Positions 17,952 to 27,917 of a DNA stretch of 64,000 nt are shown here, one piece after another (the stretch's first letter is position 1; every line of letters begins with the position of its first letter). Source of the DNA: a virus; UHGV virus genome UHGV-0179428; one strand, given 5' to 3'. Made by a program: the position numbers and the translations under genes. The notes under the pieces were generated by a model, which saw nothing but the letters and a program-made list of their open reading frames with translations, did not search any database and had not been told where the DNA came from.

Positions 17952-19448
17952 TTATTTCTTTTTCGTCAGGAACTTCGGTTCTAGTCCATCGACAGCCATA
18001 CCCAGAATGGTACGTGCAGTCAGTGTACGTTTACCGCCTTTGGTTTCCTGGTCTTTAAACATCCAGTATTCTACCGTGTTGTCCAGAATTTCATTCCAGT
18101 CCCACTTCTCGTCAATCAGTTTGTAAATCTCACCCATGCTGAGATGATACTTCATTTCAAGACGATGGTAGTTGTTTTGCATATACGCAATTGCCGCAGT
18201 GATTTCTAAAGCGCGACGTAAGCGGGCGTTATCAGAAATCATATCACGGATCGTCGTGCGTTGGAATTTCACACCAGGTAGAATATCCAGTTCTTTGATG
18301 GAACCGCCACTACCGCTTGATGTGAAACCAAAGTCTGACTTCTTCAGCGTGTCACTTAAATAGTGCCACAGGCTCAGGTGATATAGCAGACCCATTTCCT
18401 GAGAGAAGATCATCTGAAATTTCACACCGGTGTGACCACCCTTCGCACGATACTGGGTAAAGGTGATAATCTTCAAGTCGTTTACCGACGCATTCATCGC
18501 TTTAGAACGTGACGTCGGATAAAGTTCTTCGTTAACACCGGTCTGTGCGTTATAGCTCTGGTCTTTCTTCAGTTCCCCTGATTTCGTCGCGACGATAAAA
18601 GAGTTTGTTAAAAAGCTAAGCTGACGGCGAGGAATACCTGCGAATTTGAGGTCATCGTTGGCGTCGTCGAGAATTTTTGCATTTGCTTTTTGTGCCTGTC
18701 GGCCACCCGCCATCGCTTTCCCAGAGTCATCGGCCATCTGTGCCACGAAGCCCATGTAAAAACCACCGCGTGCAAACGCAGACGGCCAGCGGCTCATCAT
18801 ATTCGATTTCTGCAGCGCATCGTGAGCGTTCAGGATGTTCTGATCAGAATCCCCGATATCCGTTTTTGCGTGTTTGTCTTCCAGCGAACTAGAATGCCAC
18901 TCTGACAGGGAGTCGATAGAATAAAGCCAGGGGTCCAGGATTTCTTTTAACTTGCGACGAACCGGATCGGGGAACGGTGTTACGCGGGTCTTACCAGACA
19001 TATACTGTTTGAAGCGTTTTTCAACTTCATCACGAATATAATCACTGTAATACTGTTCCCCAGGCATTACGTCAGAACCGACCAGGTTATAACGACCTTC
19101 GTGGATAAGTTCCAGTACGGTTGTTCCGTCGTCGATACCGTTGGCGTTCATGGCAGAGATGTACCCAGTTTCTAAACGATCGAGGGCAGCGGACACTTCT
19201 GTATCGTACTTAGAACCCCACTCTGCTTTATAACGTTGCAGGATTTGGAAGATACAGAAATCTAACAAGGTGGATTTAAAGGTGTTACCGCGACCTGCGA
19301 AACCCATGATGTGGGCAAAACCACCGTTAAGGTAGTACAAACCATCTTCACCTTTTTCGTAGTTACCTAAGGCATGATCCATGATGGTGTAAACGTTAAA
19401 ACGTGGACGAATTACTTCACCGATAACTTGCTTAGTTGGGCCTGCCAT
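17952..19448 (-). CDS. Hypothetical protein (498 aa)
   Basis: Long ORF; no confident motif. Confidence 0.55.
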   Translation of the reverse strand: MAGPTKQVIGEVIRPRFNVYTIMDHALGNYEKGEDGLYYLNGGFAHIMGFAGRGNTFKSTLLDFCIFQILQRYKAEWGSKYDTEVSAALDRLETGYISAMNANGIDDGTTVLELIHEGRYNLVGSDVMPGEQYYSDYIRDEVEKRFKQYMSGKTRVTPFPDPVRRKLKEILDPWLYSIDSLSEWHSSSLEDKHAKTDIGDSDQNILNAHDALQKSNMMSRWPSAFARGGFYMGFVAQMADDSGKAMAGGRQAQKANAKILDDANDDLKFAGIPRRQLSFLTNSFIVATKSGELKKDQSYNAQTGVNEELYPTSRSKAMNASVNDLKIITFTQYRAKGGHTGVKFQMIFSQEMGLLYHLSLWHYLSDTLKKSDFGFTSSGSGGSIKELDILPGVKFQRTTIRDMISDNARLRRALEITAAIAYMQNNYHRLEMKYHLSMGEIYKLIDEKWDWNEILDNTVEYWMFKDQETKGGKRTLTARTILGMAVDGLEPKFLTKKK

Positions 19449-19463
19449 TTAGCGCTCCGATAA

Positions 19464-19763
19464 TTAACGATTCTTGGTCGGAAGAAGGAGACGGCGGTTG
19501 TGCCAGAATTCAAAGTAGGTCTCTACCCACTCAGTAACTTCTTCCGCATTTTCAGGATAAGGGTTTTCAATAGACTCGAAACGGCGTTTATTACGCTCGT
19601 CAATTTCCAGTTCCATAACACGTTTACCGCTCGGGCACGACGTTACGCTCAAGACTTTTCCAACTTGAATAGGTTTACCGTTCTGACCTTTTTTAACAGG
19701 CGTCAGATAAATTTCCGGTTCTAAACGCGGTGTGGTGTTTCGAGTCAGTAATTTGATTTTCAT
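19464..19763 (-). CDS. Hypothetical protein (99 aa)
   Basis: ORF. Confidence 0.5.
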   Translation of the reverse strand: MKIKLLTRNTTPRLEPEIYLTPVKKGQNGKPIQVGKVLSVTSCPSGKRVMELEIDERNKRRFESIENPYPENAEEVTEWVETYFEFWHNRRLLLPTKNR

Positions 19764-19861
19764 CGAGCTTTACCTTTATGGAAGAGTCTCGGTCATAAGG
19801 TTTGGGTGAACTGTAAAAAGACTTTACTATGTAACCCTGACTTATAATCCGAGGTTTTAGA

Positions 19862-20617
19862 ATGAATGTAAATCCACTTGCAGCGTTATCTAGCTTCGCC
19901 GCTAAAGCGTCTGCAATCTTACCGAAAGGGTTTAGTGGCCCTCAACAAGAGATTGCATTAACCACTTATGACGAGATGTCGGACGTTTCCAAGTGGATGC
20001 AACAAGAAAAATTCCTACACTTTGCGGGAATGTTGGTTATCGTCCCACCTGGGTTTAATACCTACGTGATGGATCACTTGAACCGCTTAGAATCCGTATG
20101 GAGTTCACTACAAAACATCTATACGGGTATTCTGCTGCCGGTCGATAAACAACTTTCGGCCCTTACACATGATGTGGGGGTACTGTCATTACCGATTGGT
20201 TTCCGTTACAAAAATGTTAATTTGCCGTTACGTAATGTTAACCCGAAAGACCTGGTTAACTTATTAGCGAAATCGTACACTAATAACGTTATTGACCAGC
20301 GACCAATTGAGAAGACGTACCACAGCGCGTCTGAGATTGACGTTGCGTTCAATCGTGCTAAGGCACTGAACGTTGAAATTACGAAACGTTTACGGACGAA
20401 CATCGACAAGTCAATCGAGTCCATTCGCACCACGTCAGAAATCTTGTCTGAACAAAACATTCATCCGAATGTAGCAAAAGAACTGACGATGATGTTAGAT
20501 TTTGCATCCGATTGGGTGGAGTTGTTTGGTCTGTTCATGAAACAGGTTAACGAGTTAATCGAATGCCTGAACGTTACTGCCGAACGCTTAAAAGCGCTTA
20601 AGGCAAACAAAAAATAA
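19862..20617 (+). CDS. Hypothetical protein (251 aa)
   Basis: Rightward ORF in a divergent/convergent pocket; GAGG RBS. Confidence 0.5.
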   Translation: MNVNPLAALSSFAAKASAILPKGFSGPQQEIALTTYDEMSDVSKWMQQEKFLHFAGMLVIVPPGFNTYVMDHLNRLESVWSSLQNIYTGILLPVDKQLSALTHDVGVLSLPIGFRYKNVNLPLRNVNPKDLVNLLAKSYTNNVIDQRPIEKTYHSASEIDVAFNRAKALNVEITKRLRTNIDKSIESIRTTSEILSEQNIHPNVAKELTMMLDFASDWVELFGLFMKQVNELIECLNVTAERLKALKANKK

Positions 20618-20668
20618 AAAAGTAAAGTTACCCCTAGACCACACGGTCTAGGGGTAAACTATTTATTT
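20606..20668. terminator. Bidirectional Rho-independent terminator (13-bp stem TTACCCCTAGACC / GGTCTAGGGGTAA)
   Basis: A-run, long perfect stem with ACAC loop, then T-rich run; between convergent genes. Confidence 0.65.
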
Positions 20669-21562
20669 CCCACGATAAAATCCAGAAATGTAACTCGGCG
20701 CTATCCATCGCCATTCGCGCCAGCGCATTTCTGACATTTTACCACACCATACACGCTTCCAATGCGCACGACGGATATGTGCGGCGCAATAAATCGCCAA
20801 ACAAACCTCGTGTCCTTCCTTGCGCTGCTGCTCTATATCTTCCCATTGTACCGGACTTACATCTAAAACGACAGCTTCACTACGTGGGCGAATTTCTGTA
20901 TCAGGAACATAACGAATGGACCTTCCGCGAAATTCTTTCTTCTCGCGCTCAGTTCGTTTAATTCGCGATGAAAGATATAGCCCGATGTAGACCGCGTCGA
21001 GTAGTCGTTGATTCTCCTTAACCGAAGTAAGGAGCGGCTTTAACTCCACGAAATCGTCATTACTTTTATCGATTGTGTAAATCTCAAACTCCATGTATAC
21101 CGTCTCGTCATGTTCTTCGCATGACATCACAAAGAGAACTTCTTCACCTTCGTAAAGACGTCTTCCGATAAATAACGTGATTGGACTTTCGTCGAGATTT
21201 ACAGTAACCGAGAAAGTAAATGAAGGGATGGTTTCTATCCAGAAGTACGGGATATTTTTTAGTCTCTCAGTTTTTGCTAAGAGCGCCATCAATTCTTCAT
21301 CCGAGATGATTTCAACAGCGGCGTATTGCCATCCTAGTCCCAGGGACTGCTTAATCAGTCTTGGAATCTGTTCGGTAACGCCATACTCACGATAGGTCGG
21401 ATCTTTAACTGGCATAAACGTTACGGGTATTTGACGTTTATGCTCGTTAATGAACCGAATAAAGCGACACTGATCTAATCCGTGAATTGTTTGGTGTGCC
21501 TTTTCTATTTGTTCGCTCATGCGTCTTAGCGCTTTCCCGTAAAGTCTATTATTCGTTGTCAT
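20663..21562 (-). CDS. Hypothetical protein, paralog B of a tandem pair with conserved basic C-terminal H-I-R-R-A-H-W motif
   Basis: Start moved to the ATG at 21562 (AGGAG upstream), removing the overlap with the upstream paralog. C-terminus AAHIRRAHWKRVWCG...WIAPSYISGFY aligns with the C-terminus of 21588..22514. Confidence 0.55.
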   Translation of the reverse strand: MTTNNRLYGKALRRMSEQIEKAHQTIHGLDQCRFIRFINEHKRQIPVTFMPVKDPTYREYGVTEQIPRLIKQSLGLGWQYAAVEIISDEELMALLAKTERLKNIPYFWIETIPSFTFSVTVNLDESPITLFIGRRLYEGEEVLFVMSCEEHDETVYMEFEIYTIDKSNDDFVELKPLLTSVKENQRLLDAVYIGLYLSSRIKRTEREKKEFRGRSIRYVPDTEIRPRSEAVVLDVSPVQWEDIEQQRKEGHEVCLAIYCAAHIRRAHWKRVWCGKMSEMRWREWRWIAPSYISGFYRGK

Positions 21563-21587
21563 TTTAATACTCCTAAACACTTTTAGC

Positions 21588-22514
21588 TTAATTGTGGGGT
21601 ACGTAGCCACGGACAAAGGTAGGTGGAATCCAACAAAGTTTTCTCTTTCTTTCACCATTTCTAGGGCCGACCCAATATCTGCGCCAGTGAGCGCGACGGA
21701 TGTGGGCAGCCTTAGCATGTTTGATACCCTGCATGGTTTTCAAGTCAGTGTTAAACCCTTTTAGATAATTCACTTGTCCTGGCGTGATATCTATCTTAAC
21801 ATCGCGTTCACGAGGTTTAACGTCGTAACTAATACTACCGTTCTTTTTGATTTCCTTGAACTTAATATCATTAAAAGACTCCCTGTAATTGGGCGGGATT
21901 AGCGTACACAGAAAAATCATCGAAGTAGCGGCTTTGGCCAGAGATAGCCATAGCATCTTTTCTTGTTCGGTCCGTACGCCAGTTGTATAATCGATTTCAA
22001 CAAGCCCGTTTCCAACACTACATATCTCTAACGAGCAGGTGGCGATTGTGGTAACGCCTTCTGTTAACCCGTAATCAGTATTTGTAGCAATTATAATAAA
22101 CCTTCTCTTCCCGTTTTTTCGATAGCCGAGAAAGAAAGTCTCATCCTCTTTACCTACGTCGATTGCTACAGTCCATGTGGGTATAAAGTCCAACCATTCT
22201 TCAGGGAATTTACTGGGCATCTCAGTCTCGAAAACAAGTTCTCTAAGTGCTTGGTTGGATATTAAGGAAGCGCCACCGTATAGCCATCCAATTGCCAATG
22301 TTTGAGCGTGAAGGGAACGGGGATCTTTGAGACCTAACTCGGCGTCGTAGGGTATAAAGGCATTAGTTAAATGCTTACGATTCTTTTTTATCCATTTCGA
22401 GACGGGATTTTCTTTTGTTTGATTTTCTTCCATGACATTTTCTAGATGCTGACACCCCATTTGTCTAAGGCAGTCTTTAATACCTTTTACTTTTTTACTT
22501 TTGTACAAATACAT
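21588..22514 (-). CDS. Hypothetical protein, paralog A of tandem pair with conserved basic C-terminal H-I-R-R-A-H-W motif
   Basis: C-terminus AAHIRRAHWRRYWVG...WIPPTFVRGYV; central similarity to paralog B. Confidence 0.55.
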   Translation of the reverse strand: MYLYKSKKVKGIKDCLRQMGCQHLENVMEENQTKENPVSKWIKKNRKHLTNAFIPYDAELGLKDPRSLHAQTLAIGWLYGGASLISNQALRELVFETEMPSKFPEEWLDFIPTWTVAIDVGKEDETFFLGYRKNGKRRFIIIATNTDYGLTEGVTTIATCSLEICSVGNGLVEIDYTTGVRTEQEKMLWLSLAKAATSMIFLCTLIPPNYRESFNDIKFKEIKKNGSISYDVKPRERDVKIDITPGQVNYLKGFNTDLKTMQGIKHAKAAHIRRAHWRRYWVGPRNGERKRKLCWIPPTFVRGYVPHN

Positions 22515-22534
22515 GGTTTATTCTCCTAAAATGG

Positions 22535-22566
22535 TTAAAAATAAAGTAACCCTAGCCGAAGCTAGG
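22535..22566 (-). terminator. Rho-independent terminator (CCCTAGC / GCTAGGG stem)
   Basis: Stem with CGAA loop and T-run on the minus strand after 22574..23062. Confidence 0.5.
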
Positions 22567-22573
22567 GCGTGTA

Positions 22574-23062
22574 TTAGTCGATTTTGACGTAATCTGGATA
22601 ATTGGCTTTTAACCACTCCCATAGTTGCAGAGCAAGTTGGTTTTCGTTACGCTTGATGATTTCTACGATTTCGTTCAAGAGAGAGTCTTCAACCCAAATC
22701 CGGGTATAAAATTTTTCCCATTCCGGTTCTGTATAAGGGACTAGCGGAGTAGGGAATCGACCCATGTGGTACGCATCAGAAACTTTCTTTAAGAACTCGT
22801 TGCGACCATGGCGTAGACGTTGCCGAACGTCTGTTTCTGTTATGCGCTTGCTTGATGGATCGAAGAAGTCAAGTATGATAAATATGTATCCAAATAAGCT
22901 CTGAGAAGAAAAGTAGGACGCGGCGTAGTCCGCCATCCAGGGAGTGTCTACAACCAACGGAGTCAACTTTTCTTCAATTTCTTTTCTTACACGTGTTTCG
23001 TTATTGAGAAATTCATGTACGAAATCGGTGTCACGAATATCGAAGATATGATTTAAGTTCAT
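22574..23062 (-). CDS. Hypothetical protein (162 aa)
   Basis: ORF. Confidence 0.5.
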   Translation of the reverse strand: MNLNHIFDIRDTDFVHEFLNNETRVRKEIEEKLTPLVVDTPWMADYAASYFSSQSLFGYIFIILDFFDPSSKRITETDVRQRLRHGRNEFLKKVSDAYHMGRFPTPLVPYTEPEWEKFYTRIWVEDSLLNEIVEIIKRNENQLALQLWEWLKANYPDYVKID

Positions 23063-23063
23063 T

Positions 23064-23588
23064 TTATTGTCCTAATATTGGGGAGAGCCTGTCTGCGGTG
23101 ACTAACAACGCTTTTGTAATTTCGTGGTTGGTCTCTTTTAGGATGGCGCAGCAGAGAGTGGTATAAACCTCGATTGCTAACGCGATTTCTTGTTCAGTCA
23201 GGCACGGTTCGGTACCGTCAATCCCGTAACGTTGCGCCGCATACTCAATTTCAAGTTTCAAACGTTTTCGTAGTGCTTCGTCATCAGTTAAACGCGTACA
23301 CGCCCGATCGAAACGTCTATTGTAAGCCTCGATCTTGTGGACAATTTCACGTCGCAGTTGGTCGACATTTACGTTATCATCAAGAGTGATGGTGACGTTG
23401 TCAACTAAACAGTAATGCACTGTGTGTCGTAAGTTGTGTAATGTGGCGACAGTAACGACCCGCTCCTGATGGTCGCTAAAGCCGTGAGCACCACAGAGCT
23501 TGCGTGCAACTGCGCCGGAGATTTTCTCCTCTAGCGCTATCGGTGTGGCAATGGTTGTTTTCTTACGAAGCTGAATTAAAATATCCAC
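23064..23588 (-). CDS. Hypothetical protein (174 aa)
   Basis: ORF. Confidence 0.5.
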   Translation of the reverse strand: MDILIQLRKKTTIATPIALEEKISGAVARKLCGAHGFSDHQERVVTVATLHNLRHTVHYCLVDNVTITLDDNVNVDQLRREIVHKIEAYNRRFDRACTRLTDDEALRKRLKLEIEYAAQRYGIDGTEPCLTEQEIALAIEVYTTLCCAILKETNHEITKALLVTADRLSPILGQ

Positions 23589-23590
23589 GT

Positions 23591-24163
23591 TTATACTCCT
23601 TTAGGTTGACCGTATTTTGATGACAGGTAGATGAGCTCAGCATGGCAGATTTTCTCAACTAACCCGAGTGACTCAAGGAAAATATCCCGGATACGAGACA
23701 TTGTTTCGTTGGTAAGAATATCGCTCCAACACGTTGTGTCTATTATATCCGTCGTTGAAGATTGTCGCTGCAATATGGCGACATACACTTCATCGAGGGT
23801 ATCTGGAGCATTATTCTGTAAGTAATGCGCGGCATGTAGAAAGGCTTTCTCAAGAATCAGGTGAATATCCGTATCGGGATCAGTTACCCGCACTAAATGT
23901 GGGTATGTCATGGCCGAATGGATTTTTCGTTCTAACTGTTCAATGAGATTATTCACCATCGCTTCTGAATCCAGGATAGTAATTTCAACCCCACTGTGTT
24001 CTTCAGAAATCTTGTTCTCATGTACTGCTATCGCGTCGTGCAGTTCAAACGCAACGCGGCTACGCATCTCACTTAACAGTTTGTTTAATTTGCCCCGTGA
24101 CTCACTGAGTGAGAAATCGATAAGTATTTTCATGTTAATAGCCCTGATAAATGATGTCGTCAC
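23591..24163 (-). CDS. Hypothetical protein (190 aa)
   Basis: ORF. Confidence 0.5.
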   Translation of the reverse strand: MTTSFIRAINMKILIDFSLSESRGKLNKLLSEMRSRVAFELHDAIAVHENKISEEHSGVEITILDSEAMVNNLIEQLERKIHSAMTYPHLVRVTDPDTDIHLILEKAFLHAAHYLQNNAPDTLDEVYVAILQRQSSTTDIIDTTCWSDILTNETMSRIRDIFLESLGLVEKICHAELIYLSSKYGQPKGV

Positions 24164-24872
24164 GGTCTTTACGTAACTGGCAGTATGTTACGTCAGCACC
24201 GTTAGGGATTTGTACGCCAGCGTCTTCAAGATAAATAACACCAGTCTGATTACAGAAATAAAAAGACCACAAGTACGGATTGCCTTGACAACTGTTTTCA
24301 CGATGATCGAAGGGCCAATAACCACGATACAATTCGTCGTAATCACCACGCTCGATACCAAAAGCAACCATTTCTTTTTCCCACAATCTGCTTTCGGCGT
24401 CGTAAATCGAAAACCAGAAACCGACGAGGTTCTTTGTCCGTTTAACGTTCATTAAGTCGTTATAAATGGGGAAGAGTGCTTTATTGAAACTTTCTAACAT
24501 CTCTGGAGAGAGTAGAAAGTTCACGTAGTATTCTAGCCATTGATAAACGGCTTCCCAGACATCTTCAGAAGAGAAATGCTCGAATACGGCGTCATCACAA
24601 TCGTAGTTATCGAAGACCCCTGAGAGATCTATTATGACGTCGCGAAGGTCAAAGTTTCGGTTGGTATTGACAGCCTCAATAACTTCGGAGATAAGACGAG
24701 TAAAGACGTTTGTGCAGGCAGTCTGTGCGGTATAAAAGAATTCTCCTTGTACGGTTGACCACTTTGGGTCCTTCAAATGTTCATTGAAGTATTGTGGCCA
24801 AATTTTATAAAAGATTCCCTCGAACAACGAGGGATTGATACGTTGTAATTGAGGGACATAAACTTTCAGCAT
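24135..24872 (-). CDS. Hypothetical protein (245 aa)
   Basis: ORF. Confidence 0.5.
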   Translation of the reverse strand: MLKVYVPQLQRINPSLFEGIFYKIWPQYFNEHLKDPKWSTVQGEFFYTAQTACTNVFTRLISEVIEAVNTNRNFDLRDVIIDLSGVFDNYDCDDAVFEHFSSEDVWEAVYQWLEYYVNFLLSPEMLESFNKALFPIYNDLMNVKRTKNLVGFWFSIYDAESRLWEKEMVAFGIERGDYDELYRGYWPFDHRENSCQGNPYLWSFYFCNQTGVIYLEDAGVQIPNGADVTYCQLRKDRDDIIYQGY

Positions 24873-24908
24873 TTTAATAACTCCAATGGTGTTACACCTG
24901 GATAATAT

Positions 24909-25577
24909 CTATCTAAGAATATTTTTAGCGAAAAAAGGATCGACTGTAAACTCCTTCACCTGTGAGTCATAACCCGAATGTATCTGATCGCTACTGAGCA
25001 AATACTGGTCTAAATCGTGCGGAAGAATCCAAGAATCACCTTGCTTAAAAATACCATAATCTGTTGTTCCAGAGGAAAAAACGATTTCCTCTGGAGACGA
25101 ATAGATGTGGCGTAAGGCAAGATCGGACGGCTTTAACACGATTAATCTAACGGGATGTTGACTGACTGCCTCTTTAATAAACTGTTCACGATTAAACCAA
25201 ATTATTTTTTCGGGGTAAGTTTCGAATTCAGCCCATGTCCGCGTGATAACTAATTTGGAAATCTTTCTCAATTCTTCAGAATGCTCTGCGTAGCCGATAC
25301 ACTCCTTGCGCACTTCATGATTTTCTACCGATGCTGTGAATTTTTGGAATAGGTGTTGTTGGAAAAAGCCGTTCTCCGGGATATCACAACCCGCGTTGTA
25401 TAGTGCAATGATCTCCCACAACAACGAAAGAGAAAACACAAATGCTAACTTTTCCACAACTTCCCAATCTTCGGAGTAAGGGGCTTTAAAGCCCCAATAC
25501 TGCCGTGCGTTATACATAAAGTGAGTTTGTAAAAACCGAGGGGCTTTTGACAAGACCTCACTATAAACGATCAGCAT
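24909..25577 (-). CDS. Hypothetical protein (222 aa)
   Basis: ORF. Confidence 0.5.
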   Translation of the reverse strand: MLIVYSEVLSKAPRFLQTHFMYNARQYWGFKAPYSEDWEVVEKLAFVFSLSLLWEIIALYNAGCDIPENGFFQQHLFQKFTASVENHEVRKECIGYAEHSEELRKISKLVITRTWAEFETYPEKIIWFNREQFIKEAVSQHPVRLIVLKPSDLALRHIYSSPEEIVFSSGTTDYGIFKQGDSWILPHDLDQYLLSSDQIHSGYDSQVKEFTVDPFFAKNILR

Positions 25578-27091
25578 TCAAGCTCCTTATCCGTCAATAT
25601 TCGTTTGTTTGAATAATAGCCACACCACAAGCCATGATATTTTTCCCCAATATAAACCAACGCGTACTCGATATACTGCCGTTCTGGACGCCGTACCGCC
25701 ACGTAGAAACGCCCTTCTGGTTCTTTCATACGGTTGATTTCTGTACGCGTCGGTATGTCGATACCTCGAGTAAGGATGGTTTTAACCTTGTTTTTGCTAC
25801 CAGGGATATGGATGGTTACGTCAAAACCTTTATCTACATTACGATAAAAGTCTTTCTTCGGCTTACCTTTCTCATCGTAAAGCAGGTCAGTAATGTCGTT
25901 CATTACGACTGAGTTTTTCCCCTCCATGGCATCACGTAACCAACCTGCAAGCTCATCACGAATCGTAATGCAGCGATAAGACAATAACGCGGGACGAAGA
26001 ATTCGTGTAATCGAAAGATCTTCAAACATCCACAGGTTTTTGTCTTCGCTAAAATGCATCCGATCGACAGGAATACCGTTAGCTGCGGCTTCTGCGAACT
26101 TCTTACGTTTTACGAATAAGTTAAAAACAACGGCGATGGGATCAAACTGACGTAAACGGGGCACCCCTTCCCACGCTTTCGCAGAGTGGGTATTTACCAA
26201 CTCGTATACGTTGTTCCATGGTTCTTTGGTAAACATTACGCAGAATTGTGCATCTGGAATGTACTTACCAACGAAGACGATATCGTCCTTCTGTTTTGCA
26301 TGGTTCCCACCGAACATGTAATAAAGTTTATTACCGTTAACTGTAACAGTGGGATGGGGTTCGTTCACCATCGGGTAACAGAACTTCGTAACACAGATAT
26401 CGGGAAAAGCGGACAAATTGACACCCTCACCAACAACTTCTGGTTGCTGATCTTCCTCAGGCATCTCGTCTTTTGACCAATACGGCGTATAGTCTAGCCC
26501 CTCCCCTCGACCAGAGATACTTGAACCCTTCCGTGCTAACTCGTCGGCACGCTCATTTCCATAACGCCCAGAATGACCTTTAATTTTAAGGACACGAACG
26601 CCTTTCCCTTCTTTCTTTAACCGCTGTTTAACCTCCCACATCCGTTGGATTAATTCCAAGTTCGCAATAGGCGTACCGTCCGCACGACGCCAACCGCGCG
26701 CAGCCCAACCATCAATCCAATCGTTATACGTGTTGACAACGTAAGATGCGTCGATGTAGATAACATAGTTTTTGGCAACGAAAGGTGCGTGTTCGAAGAC
26801 GGTCAGGAAAGCCACGAGTTCCGCAACATCAGAGTGTGACATTTTTGGTACAGGCACAACACCGTCGATAAACTCCACGGTTTCTGGTAAAGGTGGAAGT
26901 TTTTCATCCTTGTTTATCTGGCGGTATCCTGACGTCGTAATCCCCTCAGGAATAGAAGGATGGCGGTAAACCCGACCATCCTCAATCGTTTCACGATTAA
27001 ATAAGTATCCATGAATCCCCGCTCCTGTACCGAGCGGGGAGGTCAAATGGCTACCATCCGTGTAAATTACTGCAACATCAACGTTCTTCAT
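25571..27091 (-). CDS. RNase HI-domain protein fused to a ~310-aa C-terminal domain of unknown function
   Basis: N-terminal ~190 aa match RNase HI: VIYTDGS, SDVAEL, IYIDASYVVN, WxxRGWRRADGTPIANLEL, KIKGHSGRYGNERADELAR. The remainder has no recognisable motif. Confidence 0.75.
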   Translation of the reverse strand: MKNVDVAVIYTDGSHLTSPLGTGAGIHGYLFNRETIEDGRVYRHPSIPEGITTSGYRQINKDEKLPPLPETVEFIDGVVPVPKMSHSDVAELVAFLTVFEHAPFVAKNYVIYIDASYVVNTYNDWIDGWAARGWRRADGTPIANLELIQRMWEVKQRLKKEGKGVRVLKIKGHSGRYGNERADELARKGSSISGRGEGLDYTPYWSKDEMPEEDQQPEVVGEGVNLSAFPDICVTKFCYPMVNEPHPTVTVNGNKLYYMFGGNHAKQKDDIVFVGKYIPDAQFCVMFTKEPWNNVYELVNTHSAKAWEGVPRLRQFDPIAVVFNLFVKRKKFAEAAANGIPVDRMHFSEDKNLWMFEDLSITRILRPALLSYRCITIRDELAGWLRDAMEGKNSVVMNDITDLLYDEKGKPKKDFYRNVDKGFDVTIHIPGSKNKVKTILTRGIDIPTRTEINRMKEPEGRFYVAVRRPERQYIEYALVYIGEKYHGLWCGYYSNKRILTDKELEC

Positions 27092-27093
27092 TC

Positions 27094-27828
27094 TTAATCC
27101 CTGGTTAATTGATCACGAATCTGCGGCGCAACATACTCGCCCGTTTTCAGTTCTTCGTGACAGGCTTTGGCGCGTTCAAACCCGTATTGGCGAGTGACCA
27201 AAGCGAGGTGGTAAATACGTGCCGTGGTGTAGGCTTCTTTTGCTGCATCCCACATTGCGTGGTGCTCAAAAGCGGGCTTACCGCGTGTCCAGTAAATTTG
27301 CTCTACGGTTAGGTCAGGCTCGAAACCAAATGCAAAGGCTAAACGTTCTGCGGTACGATCGCTATCCAGTGCACTGAATTTACGGAACTTCCCTGGCGGA
27401 ATATCACACTGTGCGAACGCGTTCATGAAAATCGGTGCATCGAAGTCAGGACCACGCATGGTAATAACAAATTCATGTTTTGCGGTAATCTCCCCGAGCC
27501 ATTTTTGCATCGCCCACAGTGCGTCCGGCAATGCTGTCGTCCCACCCCATGCTTCCGCATAGGCTTCACGAGACGGTGCGTATTCGGGTTCGCCTTTACC
27601 TTCCCACCAACCAACGGTTTGTGGGTCTTCGTGGAAAATGGCTTTTGCTTTAGGATCGTTAGGATCAATACGGATGTATGAGGAACCGACCATTTTCAAT
27701 GTAGGGACGTCAAAAGCCACTAAACCTGCACTTAACAGATAAGCATCGGGACGTAATGATTTGGTTTCAGCATCGGCACCAATAACCAGTGTCGGCGTGT
27801 ACGGGGTGACAATTTTTGGGTAGGTCAT
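27094..27828 (-). CDS. DnaQ-like (DEDDh) 3'-5' exonuclease
   Basis: Exo I-like VIGADAET, Exo II-like DFDAPIF, Exo III-like HHAMWDAAKEAYTTARIY (H-x4-D); immediately downstream of the RNase H gene. Confidence 0.5.
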   Translation of the reverse strand: MTYPKIVTPYTPTLVIGADAETKSLRPDAYLLSAGLVAFDVPTLKMVGSSYIRIDPNDPKAKAIFHEDPQTVGWWEGKGEPEYAPSREAYAEAWGGTTALPDALWAMQKWLGEITAKHEFVITMRGPDFDAPIFMNAFAQCDIPPGKFRKFSALDSDRTAERLAFAFGFEPDLTVEQIYWTRGKPAFEHHAMWDAAKEAYTTARIYHLALVTRQYGFERAKACHEELKTGEYVAPQIRDQLTRD

Positions 27829-27865
27829 GTTGAATTCTCCTGTTAGTCTACATTAAAATAGTTGC

Positions 27866-27913
27866 AAACGTTAAAAAGAAAGACCCTCCTGTACCTCGAA
27901 GGGTACAGGAGGG
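27866..27913 (-). terminator. Rho-independent terminator (12-bp stem CCCTCCTGTACC / GGTACAGGAGGG)
   Basis: Long GC stem and T-run on the minus strand after the stop of 27918..28376. Confidence 0.6.
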
Positions 27914-27917
27914 GGTG

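Noticed and set aside
17952-19448. 498-aa protein as a possible RecA/UvsX-like ATPase or NAMPT-like enzyme
   Set aside because: GFAGRGNTFKST lacks a true GK[ST] P-loop, and comparison with the NAMPT sequence from memory showed no colinearity. Left as hypothetical.
20663-21718. 351-aa version of the paralog overlapping the upstream gene by ~130 nt
   Set aside because: The internal ATG at 21562 has a well-spaced AGGAG and removes the overlap; the longer form has no RBS.
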